From positions 1 to 57,378 of the forward strand of contig CAZDDW010000001.1 in assembly GCA_964504365.1 (NCBI GenBank): a stretch of DNA of 57,378 bases, given 5' to 3'. The position numbers and the translations under genes were made by a program. Under the pieces are notes generated by a model that saw only the letters and a list, made by a program, of their open reading frames with translations, had not been told where the DNA came from and searched no databases. Positions 56,414-57,378 of this stretch are shown here, in pieces. The stretch is from an uncultured Gammaproteobacteria bacterium. Lineage in GTDB: Bacteria; Patescibacteriota; Patescibacteriia; UBA9934; CAZDDW01. Within the stretch, counting starts at the first letter, position 1, and the number at the start of each line of letters is the position of its first letter.

Positions 56414-57378
56414 ATGGCAGTTTCAACTGATAAAGATAAAATTGAAGAACTACTAACCAGGGGAGTTGAGGCGATCTATCCTGACCGTGAGTTTTTGGAA
56501 AAGCGTTTGAAGTCCGGTGAACAGCTGACTTTGTATACTGGTTATGATCCAACCGCTCCAACATTGCACATAGGTCATGGAATTACTTTGATTAAATTAC
56601 GTCAGTTTCAGGAGCTGGGCCATAAGATTGTTTTCTTGGTTGGTGATTTTACTGGCATGATAGGTGATCCTACTGATAAGACTTCTGCTAGACAGAAGTT
56701 AACTCGCGAGGAAGTGCTGAAGAATGCTAAGGGTTATAAAAAGCAAGCTGAATCAATACTGGATTTTAAAGGCGATAATCCGGTCGAGTTGAAATATAAT
56801 AGTCAGTGGCACGACAAGATGAGTTTTGCTGATGTGATTGAGTTGGCCTCGAACTTTACTGTGCAGCGGATGATGGAACGAGACATGTTCCAGGAACGAT
56901 TGAAAAACGAAAAGCCGATTTACATGCATGAGTTTATGTATCCGTTAATGCAAGGTTATGATTGTGTTGCTATGGATGTTGACGGTGAGGTTGGTGGCAA
57001 TGACCAGACTTTTAATATGCTTGCCGGCCGAACATTGATGAAGGCAATGAAGAATAAAGAGAAATTTGTAATGACCTCACGTTTGTTGGTTGATATGTCT
57101 GGTAAGAAAATGGGAAAGAGTGAAGGGAACATGGTCGCTTTGTCCGACGCTCCAGAAGAGATGTTTGGAAAAGTAATGAGTTGGGGCGATGGAATGATTA
57201 TTCCTGCTTTTGGATCTTGTACACGAGTGCCTGGTTCTGAGATCGATGAGATGGCTGAGGCCATGAAATCCGGGGAGAATCCACGTGACCTTAAACTGCG
57301 CTTGGCCTACGAGATCACTAAGATTTTCTTGGGCGAGAAAGCAGCAAAGAAAGGACAGGACCATTTTGCAACAGTGAT
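56414..57378 (+). CDS. tyrS: tyrosine--tRNA ligase (runs off the window end)
   Basis: YTGYDPTAPTLHIGH, GDFTGMIGDP, GGNDQTFN, KMGKS. Confidence 0.96.
   Translation, partial: MAVSTDKDKIEELLTRGVEAIYPDREFLEKRLKSGEQLTLYTGYDPTAPTLHIGHGITLIKLRQFQELGHKIVFLVGDFTGMIGDPTDKTSARQKLTREEVLKNAKGYKKQAESILDFKGDNPVELKYNSQWHDKMSFADVIELASNFTVQRMMERDMFQERLKNEKPIYMHEFMYPLMQGYDCVAMDVDGEVGGNDQTFNMLAGRTLMKAMKNKEKFVMTSRLLVDMSGKKMGKSEGNMVALSDAPEEMFGKVMSWGDGMIIPAFGSCTRVPGSEIDEMAEAMKSGENPRDLKLRLAYEITKIFLGEKAAKKGQDHFATV

Noticed and set aside
1-57378. Alternative genetic code (TGA recoded) as in Gracilibacteria/Absconditabacteria
   Set aside because: All long conserved genes are intact under code 11 and several end at TGA.

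Overview
Bacterial chromosomal window in genetic code 11. Gene content (FemAB, DUF4012, Cys-rich pilin-like pair, GT4/WcaJ cluster, SD-less housekeeping genes) points to a Patescibacteria/CPR (Parcubacteria-like) genome; this is inference, not a database result. Two zones. (1) About 1-13.2 kb is an accessory island with every credible gene on the + strand. It holds GC-rich, strongly SD-led hypothetical genes, a PPDK-derived dikinase with a foreign C-terminal domain, and a CX5R phosphatase. These are separated by about 10 copies of a conserved CCAC...GTGG hairpin and by three diverged copies of a 530-690 nt covarying structured RNA, each preceded by a small ORF, an H-type pseudoknot and a terminator-like hairpin. 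(2) About 13.2-57.4 kb is mostly core genome: ruvA, femAB-like, GT4 cluster, rnpB, trpS, rnj, OppA-like, secG, DsbA, uvrA, rplS, gmk, RluA, valS, MscS and partial tyrS, plus tRNA-Leu(CAG), tRNA-Val(GAC), an unusual tRNA-Ile(UAU), and small accessory patches. The best candidate for an undescribed system is the RNA-rich cassette-like island. Its hairpins also carry an apparently empty form of the four-helix-bundle element at 14.5-14.9 kb. All structures were folded by eye; no searches were run.
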